DNA of 64,000 nt. Origin: Alphaproteobacteria bacterium (GTDB lineage Bacteria > Pseudomonadota > Alphaproteobacteria > JAAXGF01). The stretch's first letter is position 1; each line of letters opens with the position of its first letter. The notes under the pieces are model-generated. The model ran no database searches. It saw only the letters and a program-made list of their open reading frames with translations, and was not told the origin of the DNA. The stretch is taken from contig CAUVXB020000001.1 of assembly GCA_963555825.3 (NCBI GenBank), forward strand, positions 1,696,001 through 1,760,000, given 5' to 3'. Shown piece by piece: positions 52,400 to 62,961 of the stretch. Both the position numbers and the translations under genes were made by a program.

Positions 52400-53167
52400 A
52401 TGCTCATGCCCGACCGCCAATCAGCCATCCTGAAGGCCGTCACCGAACAGGGTAGCTGCCGGGTGGCGGCGCTCGCGGCGGCGCTCGGCGTCTCGGGCGA
52501 AACGATCCGCCGCGACGTCGCCGAGATGGCGCGCGACGGTTTGGTGCGCAAGGTTCATGGTGGCGTCGGCCTGCCCGATCCGCTGCGCGAATCGGGGTTT
52601 CGCCATCGCCTGCGCCAGAATGCCGACGCCAAGCGGCGTATCGCCCAGGCCGCCGCCCGAGAGATCCGCGACGGCGCCGCGATCATGATGGATACCGGCT
52701 CGACGACGGCTTATGTCGCCGAGGCGCTGCGCGACCACCGCGGTTTGACGGTCATGACCAACTCGGTCGACATCGCGCATGGCTTGGCGACGCGCAACGG
52801 CAACCGCGTGTTCATGGCCGGCGGCGAGCTGCGCGCCGACGACGGCGCGGCGCTGGGCCCCGGCGTCGCCGGCTTCATCGGTCAGTTCCGCGCGCATGTC
52901 GCGGTGCTCTCGGTCGGCGCCATCGACATCGAGGATGGCGCGATGGACTACCATTTCTCGGAGGCCGAGTACTCGCGCGTCGTCATCGATCGCGCCGAGC
53001 GAACCATCGTCGTCGCCGACCACACCAAGTTCGGCATTCGCGCGCTGGTCCGGGTCGCCGGCTTCGACGCGATCGACACGCTGATCACCGACGCCCCGCC
53101 GCCACTGCCGTTCGCCGACCGTCTGGCCGCGCACGATATCCGGGTGGTGGTCGCCGATCCGGCCTGA
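52400..53167 (+). CDS. DeoR/GlpR transcriptional regulator
   Basis: LGVSGETIRRD...VHGG; DTGST; TNS. Confidence 0.95.
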   Translation: MLMPDRQSAILKAVTEQGSCRVAALAAALGVSGETIRRDVAEMARDGLVRKVHGGVGLPDPLRESGFRHRLRQNADAKRRIAQAAAREIRDGAAIMMDTGSTTAYVAEALRDHRGLTVMTNSVDIAHGLATRNGNRVFMAGGELRADDGAALGPGVAGFIGQFRAHVAVLSVGAIDIEDGAMDYHFSEAEYSRVVIDRAERTIVVADHTKFGIRALVRVAGFDAIDTLITDAPPPLPFADRLAAHDIRVVVADPA

Positions 53168-53258
53168 GCGCTGGCGTTTTCGGCGTGCATCTTGCGCCGA
53201 TCTGATACACTCGCGCGCCACCGCCGGAGAGCGTCGGCAAGGGGTACGGGGAGCATTC

Positions 53259-54014
53259 ATGGCGCTCTTGGAAGTTCGCGATCTAAGCCGGCACTTCGGT
53301 GGCCTGGCCGCCGTCGACGGCCTGAGCTTCGGCGTCGAGGAAGGCGAGATCCATGGCCTGATCGGCCCCAACGGCGCCGGCAAGACGACCACCTTCAACG
53401 TCATCAGCGGCTATTACCAGCCGACCGCCGGCGACGTCGTCTACCATGGCGAGACGATCGCCCGGCTCAAGACCAGCGATATCGCGGCACGCGGCCTGGT
53501 CCGCACCTTCCAGTCGACGACGCTGTTTCAGGAGTTCAGCGTGCGCGACAACGTCCTGGTCGGCTGTCACCTTCACGCCCGCGTCGGCGCGCTCGCGGCG
53601 ATCCTCGGCACCGGCCGGCGCGCCGAGGCGAGCGCCGCCGATAAAGCCGACGAAATCCTGGCGTTCATGGGGCTCGACGGGCGCGCCGACGAACTCGCGT
53701 CGGATCTGCCGCACGGCCACCAGCGCACGCTCGGCATCGCCGTCGCGCTCGCCGCCGATCCCAAGCTGTTGCTGCTCGACGAGCCGTTCACCGGCATGAA
53801 CCCCGAGGAGACACGCCGGATGATGGCGCTGGTCAAGCGCGTGCGCGACGAGCGCGGTGTCACGATCCTGCTCGTCGAGCACGACATGCAGGCGGTCATG
53901 GGGTTGTGCGAAAAGATCACCGTGCTCAGCTTCGGCCGGCTTCTGGCCGAGGGTTCGCCGGCCGAGATCCGCGCCAACGACGACGTCATCGAGGCCTATC
54001 TTGGCGCCGCCTGA
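53259..54014 (+). CDS. livG: Branched-chain amino acid-type ABC ATPase
   Basis: GPNGAGKTT, RTFQ, VEHDM, EAYLG. Confidence 0.9.
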   Translation: MALLEVRDLSRHFGGLAAVDGLSFGVEEGEIHGLIGPNGAGKTTTFNVISGYYQPTAGDVVYHGETIARLKTSDIAARGLVRTFQSTTLFQEFSVRDNVLVGCHLHARVGALAAILGTGRRAEASAADKADEILAFMGLDGRADELASDLPHGHQRTLGIAVALAADPKLLLLDEPFTGMNPEETRRMMALVKRVRDERGVTILLVEHDMQAVMGLCEKITVLSFGRLLAEGSPAEIRANDDVIEAYLGAA

Positions 54015-54015
54015 C

Positions 54016-54723
54016 ATGCTGTTTCGCCTGGCCGACATCCACGTCCATTACAACAAGGTCGCCGCCCTCAAGGGCGTGACGATCGAGGTCGGCGCGGGCG
54101 ACATCGTGACCCTGATCGGCGCCAACGGCGCGGGCAAGTCGACGACGTTGCGCGCGATCTCGGGCCTGACGCCGCCGAGCGCCGGCGAAATCTGGTTCGA
54201 CGGCCGGCGCATCGACGGCCTGGCGACCGAGAAGATCGTCCAGCTCGGCATCGCCCATGTGCCGGAAGGCCGCCGCGTCTTCCCCGACCTGACGGTCGCC
54301 GAGAATCTGCAAACCGGCGCCTATCTCAGGCGCGATAAAATCCAGATGGCGCGCGACCTCGATGAGGTCTTCGGCCACTTCCCGATCCTCGCCGAACGGC
54401 GCGGCCAATCGGGCAAGACGCTCTCGGGCGGCGAGCAGCAGATGCTCGCCATGGGCCGCGCGCTGATGTCGGCGCCGCGGCTGCTGCTGCTCGACGAGCC
54501 GTCGCTCGGCCTGTCTCCGGTCATGGTGCAGGAGATCGCCAAGATCGTCATCGACATCAACGCCAAGGGCGTACCGGTCATTCTGGTCGAACAGAACGCC
54601 GAGCTGGCGCTCCGGCTGGCGCGCTACGGCTATGTGCTCGAGACCGGCCGCGTCGCGCTCGAGGGCCCGGCCTTCGAGCTGCACGAACACGCCCACGTCA
54701 GGAAGGCCTATCTTGGCGGCTGA
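54016..54723 (+). CDS. livF: Branched-chain amino acid-type ABC ATPase
   Basis: GANGAGKST, VPEGRRVF, LSGGEQQM, VEQNA. Confidence 0.9.
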   Translation: MLFRLADIHVHYNKVAALKGVTIEVGAGDIVTLIGANGAGKSTTLRAISGLTPPSAGEIWFDGRRIDGLATEKIVQLGIAHVPEGRRVFPDLTVAENLQTGAYLRRDKIQMARDLDEVFGHFPILAERRGQSGKTLSGGEQQMLAMGRALMSAPRLLLLDEPSLGLSPVMVQEIAKIVIDINAKGVPVILVEQNAELALRLARYGYVLETGRVALEGPAFELHEHAHVRKAYLGG

Positions 54724-55345
54724 CGTGCGCCCCTGGCTGCTCGCCGACGACCTGTGGGAGCGCCTCGTCGAGGCCGGTCTCGCGGCTTTCGACGCCGGTC
54801 GCCTGGACGACGCCGGCGCGCTCTGGATTTCCGCCCTGGCCGATGCCGAGCGCTTCGCCGGCGACGATCCGCGCCGCGCGACCGCGCTCAACAACATCGC
54901 CGCCGTGCGGCATTTGCGCGGCGGCGCGGCCGAGGCCGACGGCTTCTATCGCGCGGCGCTCGACGCCTGGGCCGCCGCCGAACCCTGGATCGACGCCATG
55001 GCGATCGCACCAAGGGCGCGCAGCTCGCTGTTCCACTTGCGGCTCGAGGAGAAGCACCGGGCCGACTACCGGCGCATCGCGCGCGGCGAGCTGCGCAAGC
55101 TGCTCGACGAAGGCCGCGCGACATGCCTCGCCAACCTGGCGGCGCTGTGCCGGTCCGCCGGCCACGGCGCGGACGCCGCGGTGCTCGAGGCGGAAGCCGC
55201 GGAACGCGCGCCGCGCGGCGTGAAACCGGGGCTGGCGCGATGGGCCGTGCTGGCGCCGCCCGGGCCGTGCGACGAACGCAAACTGGCGGCGGCCGCGTTA
55301 TTGCTGGCGCAGCCTGCAGGACAACCCGACGAGACTGCGCCATGA
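54713..55345 (+). CDS. TPR-like hypothetical protein
   Basis: DPRRATALNNIA and ATCLANLA helices; start uncertain. Confidence 0.6.
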   Translation: MAADVRPWLLADDLWERLVEAGLAAFDAGRLDDAGALWISALADAERFAGDDPRRATALNNIAAVRHLRGGAAEADGFYRAALDAWAAAEPWIDAMAIAPRARSSLFHLRLEEKHRADYRRIARGELRKLLDEGRATCLANLAALCRSAGHGADAAVLEAEAAERAPRGVKPGLARWAVLAPPGPCDERKLAAAALLLAQPAGQPDETAP

Positions 55346-55425
55346 CAGAGCACCTGGCGGGTGGCAGCGAACCGGGTGATTTCTTCGGTGCGGACCGACC
55401 GAATTCGCCGATACGCGAATTCTAC

Positions 55426-55463
55426 TTGACTCGTTTTGATATTACGATTATCATAGTAATATA
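55426..55463 (+). promoter_or_regulatory. Sigma70 promoter with ArsR-type operator
   Basis: TTGACT-17 nt-TATCAT; inverted repeat ATATTAC-N10-GTAATAT over the -10/+1 region. Confidence 0.75.
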
Positions 55464-55775
55464 GAATCAACTCGAGCCATCGACGCCCTCGTGGCGCTCG
55501 GCCAGGAAACTCGGCTCGCGGCGTACCGGTTACTCGTCGAAGTCGGGCCAAGGGGCTTGCCGTCGGGAGGAATTGCGACGCGCCTGGGGATTAATCCGTC
55601 GACGATGTCTCATCACTTGGCGCAGCTGGAACGAGCCGGTTTGCTCCGGTCATCGCGCGAAGAGCGACAAATTCTGTACGCAGTGAACTGGGAGGGGACC
55701 AATCAACTCCTTGGGTTTCTGACAGAGGATTGTTGCAAGCTCCAATCGGAGGCACGCGATGCCGACTGCACGTGA
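55461..55775 (+). CDS. arsR: ArsR/SmtB repressor (C-terminal CC type)
   Basis: ALGQETRL...PSTMSHHL...FLTEDCC; the expected start position reads ATA (55461), next GTG at 55491. Confidence 0.8.
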   Translation: MESTRAIDALVALGQETRLAAYRLLVEVGPRGLPSGGIATRLGINPSTMSHHLAQLERAGLLRSSREERQILYAVNWEGTNQLLGFLTEDCCKLQSEARDADCT

Positions 55776-55829
55776 CGTCGTCCGACTGCGGCGAACCGTG
55801 CAAACCACTCGAAACAAGGGAGAACCCCG

Positions 55830-56255
55830 ATGAAGCGCATTCACATTGGACTGGAAGTCAAGGACCTGGAAAGCTCTATCGACTTTTACTCGGCTCTGTT
55901 TGGCGCTCAACCGTCGCATCGAGAATCGGATTACGCCAAGTGGATGCTGGAAGACCCACGGGTCAATTTCGCCATTCAGTGCCTAGGGGATGAACCGGTC
56001 GGCAGCGTCCACTTTGACGTCCAGGTCGAGAGTAGAGACGAGTTGGCCGAGTGCTCGGACTGGCTGGAGCAAGCAGGTGAGCACGTGGCGCCGGAACCCG
56101 ACGCGGATTGTTGTTACTACAAATCCGACAAGGTCTGGTCGAGAGACCCGGATGGCTTTCGCTGGGAAACTTTTTTCACGCTCGGTCGACTCACGGAATA
56201 CGGCGAGAACCGTGGAATCCCTCTCGAGAGAACGGCTGGAAATGGGGCCTCATAA
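55830..56255 (+). CDS. ArsI/CadI-family VOC metalloenzyme
   Basis: MKRIH, DYAKWMLEDPRVNF, DCCYYKSDKVW, WETF. Confidence 0.85.
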   Translation: MKRIHIGLEVKDLESSIDFYSALFGAQPSHRESDYAKWMLEDPRVNFAIQCLGDEPVGSVHFDVQVESRDELAECSDWLEQAGEHVAPEPDADCCYYKSDKVWSRDPDGFRWETFFTLGRLTEYGENRGIPLERTAGNGAS

Positions 56256-56701
56256 TGAGCGCGATGAAGCGTGTCCACATTTGCCTCGTCGTCAAGGACG
56301 TCGACGCCAACGTGGCGTTCTATACGAGCCTATTCGGCGAGCCGCCGACCATCTTGAAGCCGGATTACGCCAAGTGGCGGCTCGAGGATCCGAAGCTCAA
56401 CTTCAGTATCGACACCCATGCGGATACACCCGGCGTCGATCACCTTGGAATCGAGCTTGAATCCGCCGCAGAGGTGACCACTGCCCTTCGACACTACAAG
56501 CGAAGCGGCATCGATGTGCAGGGCGAGGGCCAAATTGTGTGCGGATATCACAGGTCAGACAAGGGTTGGGTCGCCGATCCACAGGCTGTCCTTTGGGAGA
56601 CGTTCTTCTCCCCCGAGGTCACGCCACACTATGGGTCCGCCAACGTAGAAGTCACGGCGGAGGTAGAAAAGCGAAAGGAAGCTGTCGGTCCTTCGAGCTG
56701 A
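56255..56701 (+). CDS. Second ArsI/CadI-family paralog (CC replaced by CG)
   Basis: MKRVH, DYAKWRLEDPKLNF, DHLG, VCGYHRSDKGW, WETF. Confidence 0.85.
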   Translation: MSAMKRVHICLVVKDVDANVAFYTSLFGEPPTILKPDYAKWRLEDPKLNFSIDTHADTPGVDHLGIELESAAEVTTALRHYKRSGIDVQGEGQIVCGYHRSDKGWVADPQAVLWETFFSPEVTPHYGSANVEVTAEVEKRKEAVGPSS

Positions 56702-56725
56702 GGTCGAAATCGGAGAAGCCTTGAT

Positions 56726-57619
56726 ATGTCGGACTGTAGCCACCCCACTTTGTTTCCGAGCTTCGCCGAGAAGAGAATCAAGACGAGTCAGGCCGAGATC
56801 AACCTGGTCATCGGTGGCGACGGCCCGCCCTTGTTGCTGCTCCACGGCAACCCGCAGACACACATCATGTGGCACAAGGTTGCTCCGCGTCTCGCGCGGC
56901 ATTTTACTGTTGTCGCGACGGATTCGCGAGGTTACGGCGACAGCTCCAAGCCGCACGGGAAGACGGACCACTCGACCTATTCGAAACGGGCGCTGGCGTT
57001 GGATCAAGTCGAAGTGATGGGGGCTCTGGGCTTCGCAACCTTCAGTGTGGCTGGCCATGATCGGGGCGGGCGGGTCGCCCATCGCATGGTCCTCGATCAC
57101 CCGGACAGAGTCAGCAAGGTCGCATTCCTCGATATCGTGCCGTCCTACGATCTGTACCGGCTGACGAACAAGGAGTTCGCCATCTCTCATTGGAGCAACT
57201 TCTTCTACATGCAGCCCTATGATCTACCGGAGCGGCTGATCGCCGGCGATCCGGAGTATTTCATCCGCACCAATCTCACGGACTTCGCCGACGCTGAAGG
57301 GGTTTTTCCAGAGGCAGCCGTCGCCGAATACGTGAGATGTTTTACGCCGGCAGCGGTTCACGCGGCTTGTGAGGACTACCGGGCGAGCTTCAGCATCGAC
57401 GACGAGCACGATACGGCGGACCGGCACCTCAGAATCCGCTGTCCGACCCTCGTGTTGTGGGGGCTGAAGGGCGCCTGTGAGACGTGTTTCGACATCAGGA
57501 GTATTTGGCAGGATCGCGCTGACGACGTGGTCTACAAGGCGCTCGACACGGACCACTACCTTGCCGAGGAGGACCCTGATGGAACCTTCGAAGCGCTCCA
57601 CGGGTTCTTCGGGTCATAG
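56726..57619 (+). CDS. Haloacetate dehalogenase-like alpha/beta hydrolase
   Basis: LLHGNPQTH, RGYGDS, YSKR, GHDRGGRV (Asp nucleophile), CEDYRA, HYLAEE. Confidence 0.85.
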   Translation: MSDCSHPTLFPSFAEKRIKTSQAEINLVIGGDGPPLLLLHGNPQTHIMWHKVAPRLARHFTVVATDSRGYGDSSKPHGKTDHSTYSKRALALDQVEVMGALGFATFSVAGHDRGGRVAHRMVLDHPDRVSKVAFLDIVPSYDLYRLTNKEFAISHWSNFFYMQPYDLPERLIAGDPEYFIRTNLTDFADAEGVFPEAAVAEYVRCFTPAAVHAACEDYRASFSIDDEHDTADRHLRIRCPTLVLWGLKGACETCFDIRSIWQDRADDVVYKALDTDHYLAEEDPDGTFEALHGFFGS

Positions 57620-57670
57620 GTGGACAGAGTTTTTTGAAGGGACCAACATGCCGCACAGGAAGACCGGAGT

Positions 57671-58109
57671 ATGCACGAAGATTTTCTGATCGAAGTCAAC
57701 GATTTTTTCGGCCGGGCCACGGCGGCGACCTATGCCGGCAGCGGTCCTCGGGTCGCGTCCGAGCGGGGTGGCTTCCAGGAGCTGGTCTTCGAGGAAGGCG
57801 ACTGGTCCTACCGAGACAGCTACACCGGCGACATCCGGTCGCGCGGCCAGGAGATCATCCGCTACCGGGGAGACCCGGTCTGGGCGCAGTCCTATGGCGG
57901 CGGCATGGAGGGCCGTTTCGCCCGGGATCGTGACCTGTCCGGCAGAAACATGGCATTTCTCAAAACAGCGCTCTCGAGCGGCGATAAACGCACCAGGTTT
58001 CAGCCGCGGGGACCGCGCGAGCTGGTCCATGGGGACTGGCGTTACGCTGCGGAGTGGGTGGGCGATATCGTCGAGTTCCGCGGTGCCGAGGAGATCCACC
58101 ATCAAGGAG
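57671..58109 (+). pseudogene. DUF5680-like protein truncated by IS6
   Basis: TYAG, YRDSYTG, GQEII, VWAQSYGG, FLKTAL, RGP, GAEEI. Confidence 0.6.
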
Positions 58110-58915
58110 GGCATTGTCACGTTAACAGCGTGGCTTCGGCACGGCCGGTGCTTTAGCGTCTCTGGATGTGCAAGATATCCTACCGTCGTCACCGCTTTCC
58201 ACCGGTCATCATCCAGCATGCCGTCTGGCTCTATTGCCGTTTCACGCTGAGCTATCGGGACGTTGAGGACCTGCTTGCCGAGCGTGGTCTCGACATCTCG
58301 TATGAGACAGTTCGAAGATGGGTCTTGAAATTCGGTCGGGCCTATGCGCGGCGGATTCAACGTCGGCGGCCACGACCGACCGAACGCTGGCACCTGGACG
58401 AGATGGTCGTCGTAATTCGAGGGAGGCAGTTCTATCTCTGGCGTGCCGTGGACAGTGAGGGCGAAGTCCTGGATTTCCTGGTTCAATCCCGCAGGAACGC
58501 TCGGGCGGCAATTCGGCTGATGCGGAAACTCTTGAAGAAGCAGGGCTTCGCGCCGGCGACGATTGTAACCGATAAACTCCGCTCCTACGGCGCCGCGATC
58601 CGTTTGCTTGCCCTCTCGGCTCAGCATGAGCAAGGCCTGCGAAAGAACAATCGGGCAGAAAATTCACATCAGCCGGTGCGACGACGAGAGCGAAAGATGC
58701 AGCGGTTCAAATCGCCCGCGTCCGCGCAGCGGTTCCTCGCCGTCCATGCGACCGTCTACAACCTCTTCAACGTCCAACGCCATCTGGTCTCCCGCCGAAC
58801 ACTCCGCCAATTCCGCGGCGACGCGATGAGACAGTGGCGGCAAGTGACGACCGTTGCATAATCTCCGGCGTCGGCGCCCACAAGCTGGCCAAATGGCGGT
58901 TAACGTGACAACGCC
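58110..58915 (+). mobile_element. IS6-family element copy 2 (transposase 58166-58861)
   Basis: 806 bp, inverted near-identical copy of 46537-47342. Confidence 0.95.
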
Positions 58916-59564
58916 CTCGTCGTAATGGGCGTTGAACAGTGCCAGTTGCTGGCCGCCGTGGACGGCATCAGGGGTATCGTCAATGTCGAGCACGATGCGT
59001 TGGGGCACGCGCTCGAAGCTGTCGCAAAACAGATCGATCATCGTCAGCCCCATGCGCGCCAGTTCGCGCCATGATGGGGCGTTCTCGAGCCTGGACAAGG
59101 TCGGCTGCGACATCAGATCGCGACCGCTCTCGGGCAGGCGACCACAGGCCAGCTTGAACGCCGGATCGAAGCGCAGCACGTCGAGGTCGTCGCAATCCTC
59201 GTATCCGCAGGCGATGGCGAACATGCGCGCCCCGATCATGTCGGCGTATGAGTGGGTGGTGCTCGCTGGATCGCGCGCATCGGACAGGCAACCGGCTAGG
59301 CGCGCGGCAAGGCCGAGACGCTTCTCGATCTCGCGCAGCACCAGCACGCCGCCGTCCGACGACAGCCGGCCGCCGTCGAACCGGACGCACAGTTCCTTGT
59401 TCTCGACGGGTGACAGTCCGGGGAGATAGGCGGTAATCTCATCCATGGTGAGCCGGGTTTCCCTGTTGCCGTATGGTCTTGGCCAGACACCAGAATCATA
59501 CGGAATCTCAACAGTTTAATCCACGCTCACCACCTCTTTCACGCCGTGCCGTGAATAATCCGGG
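58916..59564 (-). mobile_element. Second-type IS1380 element, 5' part, truncated by IS6
   Basis: End CCCGGATTATTCAC; FDGGRLSSDGG, GYEDCDD, SQPTLSRLEN, LDIDDT. Confidence 0.85.
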
Positions 59565-59955
59565 TTAGCATCGGTAAAAAATTGATCCTTCCAGTCGTTC
59601 GCGAAGACATTCTTAATCCCAACCGCTTGGGCGAGTGTTATTCCTCCTTCGTTTTTGGAGGCCATCAGACATTTTGAATAACGGACAAAACGGCTATTCA
59701 AAGTTCGGAAAAAGTCGAAGTTATGTGTCATTATCACCAACTTAAACAGGCCAACCTCGCTTATGTCTTTAAGATATTGGATAATTGCGTACTTGTTTTG
59801 GTAGTCGAAGGAGTCCGCAATATCGTCAATCACAACAAGCGTTTCCTGATGGCTTTTCATACGGGTCTCAATTTCAAAGATCACGTTCAGGACGTACAGC
59901 GCCTTACGCTCACCCATACTCAAGGATTTTAAGAGCAAGGTCTTTTCCACCTCAA

Positions 59956-61292
59956 TGAGGTGGTCCCACTTTGTTGGACAGTTTGGCAGCGCGGTTAAGG
60001 TGTATTCCGTTGTTTGATCATGCTGCCAAAATCCTTTTTATCACATCCTGTTGCTGTTGTTGAGCCTGTGGGGATGTGGGCAAGGCGCGAGCCTTGTCCA
60101 TCATATCCACAGGTTGACCGGCCCCGTAGGCCTCGGCCGGCGTTTGACCGTCGAGGGACGAATGGGGCCGCTCGGTGTTGTAGAAGCCGATCCACTCGCC
60201 GATGACCCGTTCGGCGTGGAAGCCGTCGGTGAGCTCGTGTAGGTAGACCGCCTCATACTTGAGAGACCGCCACAGGCGCTCGATGAAGATGTTGTCCATG
60301 CAGCGGCCCCGACCGTCCATGGAGATGCGGATGCTCGCGTTCTTGAGCACGCCGGTGAAGTCGAGGCTGGTGAACTGGCTGCCCTGATCCGTATTGAATA
60401 TCTCCGGCTGGCCGTAGCGGGCCAGCGCGTCGCCCAAGGCCTCGGCGCAGAATCCAGCGTCCATGGTGTTCGACAGCCGCCAGGATAAAACGTGGCGCGT
60501 CGCCCAGTCCATGATCGCTACCAGGTACAGAAAGCCACGCTGGACGGGGATATAGGTGATGTCGGCGCACCAGACCCGATTGGGCTGGTCGATAGCCATC
60601 CCTTTGAGAAGATAAGGATAAATCCGGTGCATGGGATGCGGCACGCTGGTTCTCGGCGCCTGATAGATCGCCTCCAGGCCTATCAATCGCATCAACCTGC
60701 GAACCCGGTGACGGCCGACGCAAACGCCGTCCCGCCGCAACTGGCGGACCATCTGGCGGCTGCCGTAGAACGGGTACTTCATGAACAACTCGTCGATCCG
60801 ACGCATCAGCGCCAGACTCGAAGGGCTCTCCCCCCTGGGCGCATAATAGAACGAGGACCGGCCGATCGAAAGCAGGCGGCATTGACGGCTCAAGCTCAGC
60901 TCGGGGGCGTCGCGTGTGATCATCGCCTTGCGCTCCCCCCGGCTCATCGCTTGAGCCCTCTGGCTAAAAAATCCCGTTCCACCGTCAGCTCGCCGATCTT
61001 GGCGTGAAGGTCGCGGACCTCGGATTCATGATCCCGGCAAGCGCGGTTGGCGCCGTTCGAAAACACTTCGCCCAGACCGTCCACCGCCTGGCGCTTCCAG
61101 GCGCTCACCTGGTTCGGATGCACCTTGTGCTTGGCCGCGATCTGCTGGATCGTCTTGCCGCCCCGCAGCGCTTCCAGCGCCACCCGGGCCTTGAATTCCG
61201 CCGTAAACCGGCGTCGATTCGTCATCTCGTATTCCTCCGTTATCCGGTGGAATACACCTTAGCTCCCTATCCGATTTTCTGGGACCACCTCA
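59956..61292 (-). mobile_element. IS3-family element (orfA 60944-61225, orfB 60018-60947)
   Basis: IRs TGAGGTGGTCCCA; TSD CAA; WCADITY, NTDQGSQF, IERLWRSLKYE. Confidence 0.95.
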
Positions 61293-61319
61293 CAATCGTA
61301 TCCGCGCCGTCTACATAAG

Positions 61320-62961
61320 CCCGCATTTCCCAAGTATCGTCGATATTCAGTGCGGCGAGAAGGCGATTCTGCTATAAGAATCATGAAGTTGTAGCATACA
61401 TGGAGCGGCGGATATGGCACACCCGATGGGTGAATCGAAACCGGGGTGCCTTCGGGTCGTTTTTGACCGTCGATTGAAGCTTGAATTCCACGGTTCCAAG
61501 ATCACCTCTGATGCCGGGTTGCTCGCCTACCGGGAGCTTGACGATGCCCTCGGCCTGACTGAGATGGCCGAGGGTGTTTTCCAGGATAGCCGTACCGGCA
61601 AGAACGGATGGCACGGCATGACGGGTCAGTTTCGCCAGTCCGTTTTCGGGCGCCTTGGCGGCTATGACGATGTGAACGACGCCGACCGTCTGGGACGCGA
61701 TCCCGCCATGCGCTGGATTGTTGGCGGCAAGGCCATCGAAAGACAGGCCGCTTCCACCAGCCAGATGGGACGCTTCGAGACGGAGCTATTGGCCACCGAC
61801 GAGAACGTTGAAGCCTTGGTCGACATGAACGGGGTGTGGATCGACAAGGTTCATGACCGCCATCCGCCGAAGATGATCATTCTCGACATGGACAGCAGCG
61901 TCAGCCCGACCCATGGCGAACAAGAGGGAACAGCGTACAATGGTCACTTCGGCTGTACCTGCTAGCATCCGCTATTCCTGTTCAACCAGTTCGGCGACTT
62001 GGAGAGATGTTCCCTGCGCCCCGGTAATGTTCACAGTGCCGACGGATGGCGGAATGTTCTGGAGCCGGTGGTGATGCGCTATAAGGAAAGGAAGGTGCGG
62101 CTGTATTTTCGTGGCGATGCCGCCTTCGCCTCACCGGAGATATACGAATATCTCGAAGCCGAGGGATTACTCTACGTCATCCGCCTCAAAGCGAACGCGA
62201 TTCTCCAGCGGAACATTGCCCATCTGCTTACGCGACCTGTCGGTCGCCCGCCCGACCATGTTCGCCGTTTCCACGCCAGCTTCAGCTATCAGGCCGGATC
62301 GTGGAACAAGAAGCGCCGTGTCGTGGCCAAAGTGGAGTGGCACCCCGGCGAGCTGGTTCCTCGCGTCGGTTTCATCGTCACTAATCTGTCGCGCCCTACC
62401 AAGCGGGTGGTGGCGTTCTATAATCACCGTGGCACGGCGGAGCAGCACATCAAGGAAGGCAAGAACGCCATCAACTGGACCCGTCTGTCATGTCGCAAGT
62501 TCCGCAACAATGCCGTTCGGCTCCAGCTTCACGCCCTGGCCTACAATCTGGGCAACTTCATGAGGACACTGGCTTTGCCGAAGGAGGTGGAGCACTGGTC
62601 GATGACGACGTTGCGCGACAAGCTGGTGAAGATCGGGGCCAAGGTTGTCCGACATGGCCGCTACGTTACGTTCCAATTGGCTGAGGTGGCGGTGCCGAGG
62701 GACCTGTTCCGGAAAATCCTGAGCTTGATTGATGATCTGCGACGAAGACCCGCTCCGGCGTAGGCCGAGGGAATCGACGGCGAGGAGAAAGCGACAGGAG
62801 AGGTGTGTCTGGATGGCGAGAAAAATGACCGAGTGGCCTTCCAAGCGCGGGCCGATTACCAAAATCATGCCATCGGATGGCTGCATAGGGGATACAGTTC
62901 CCTTGGCGGTGGGAAAGTGCTACGATTTCCACGAATTTGGATGGTATATGGGGAATGTCGG
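61320..62961 (+). mobile_element. IS1380 copy with in-frame TAG (61963-61965) in the transposase
   Basis: TSD ATAAG; ORF 61414-62763 broken only by CTC*HPL. Confidence 0.95.

Noticed and set aside
61963-61965. Pyrrolysine or genome-wide TAG recoding
   Set aside because: TAG terminates ordinary genes here (5230, 29519, 30421, 57619) and replaces a Tyr; no pyl genes are seen.
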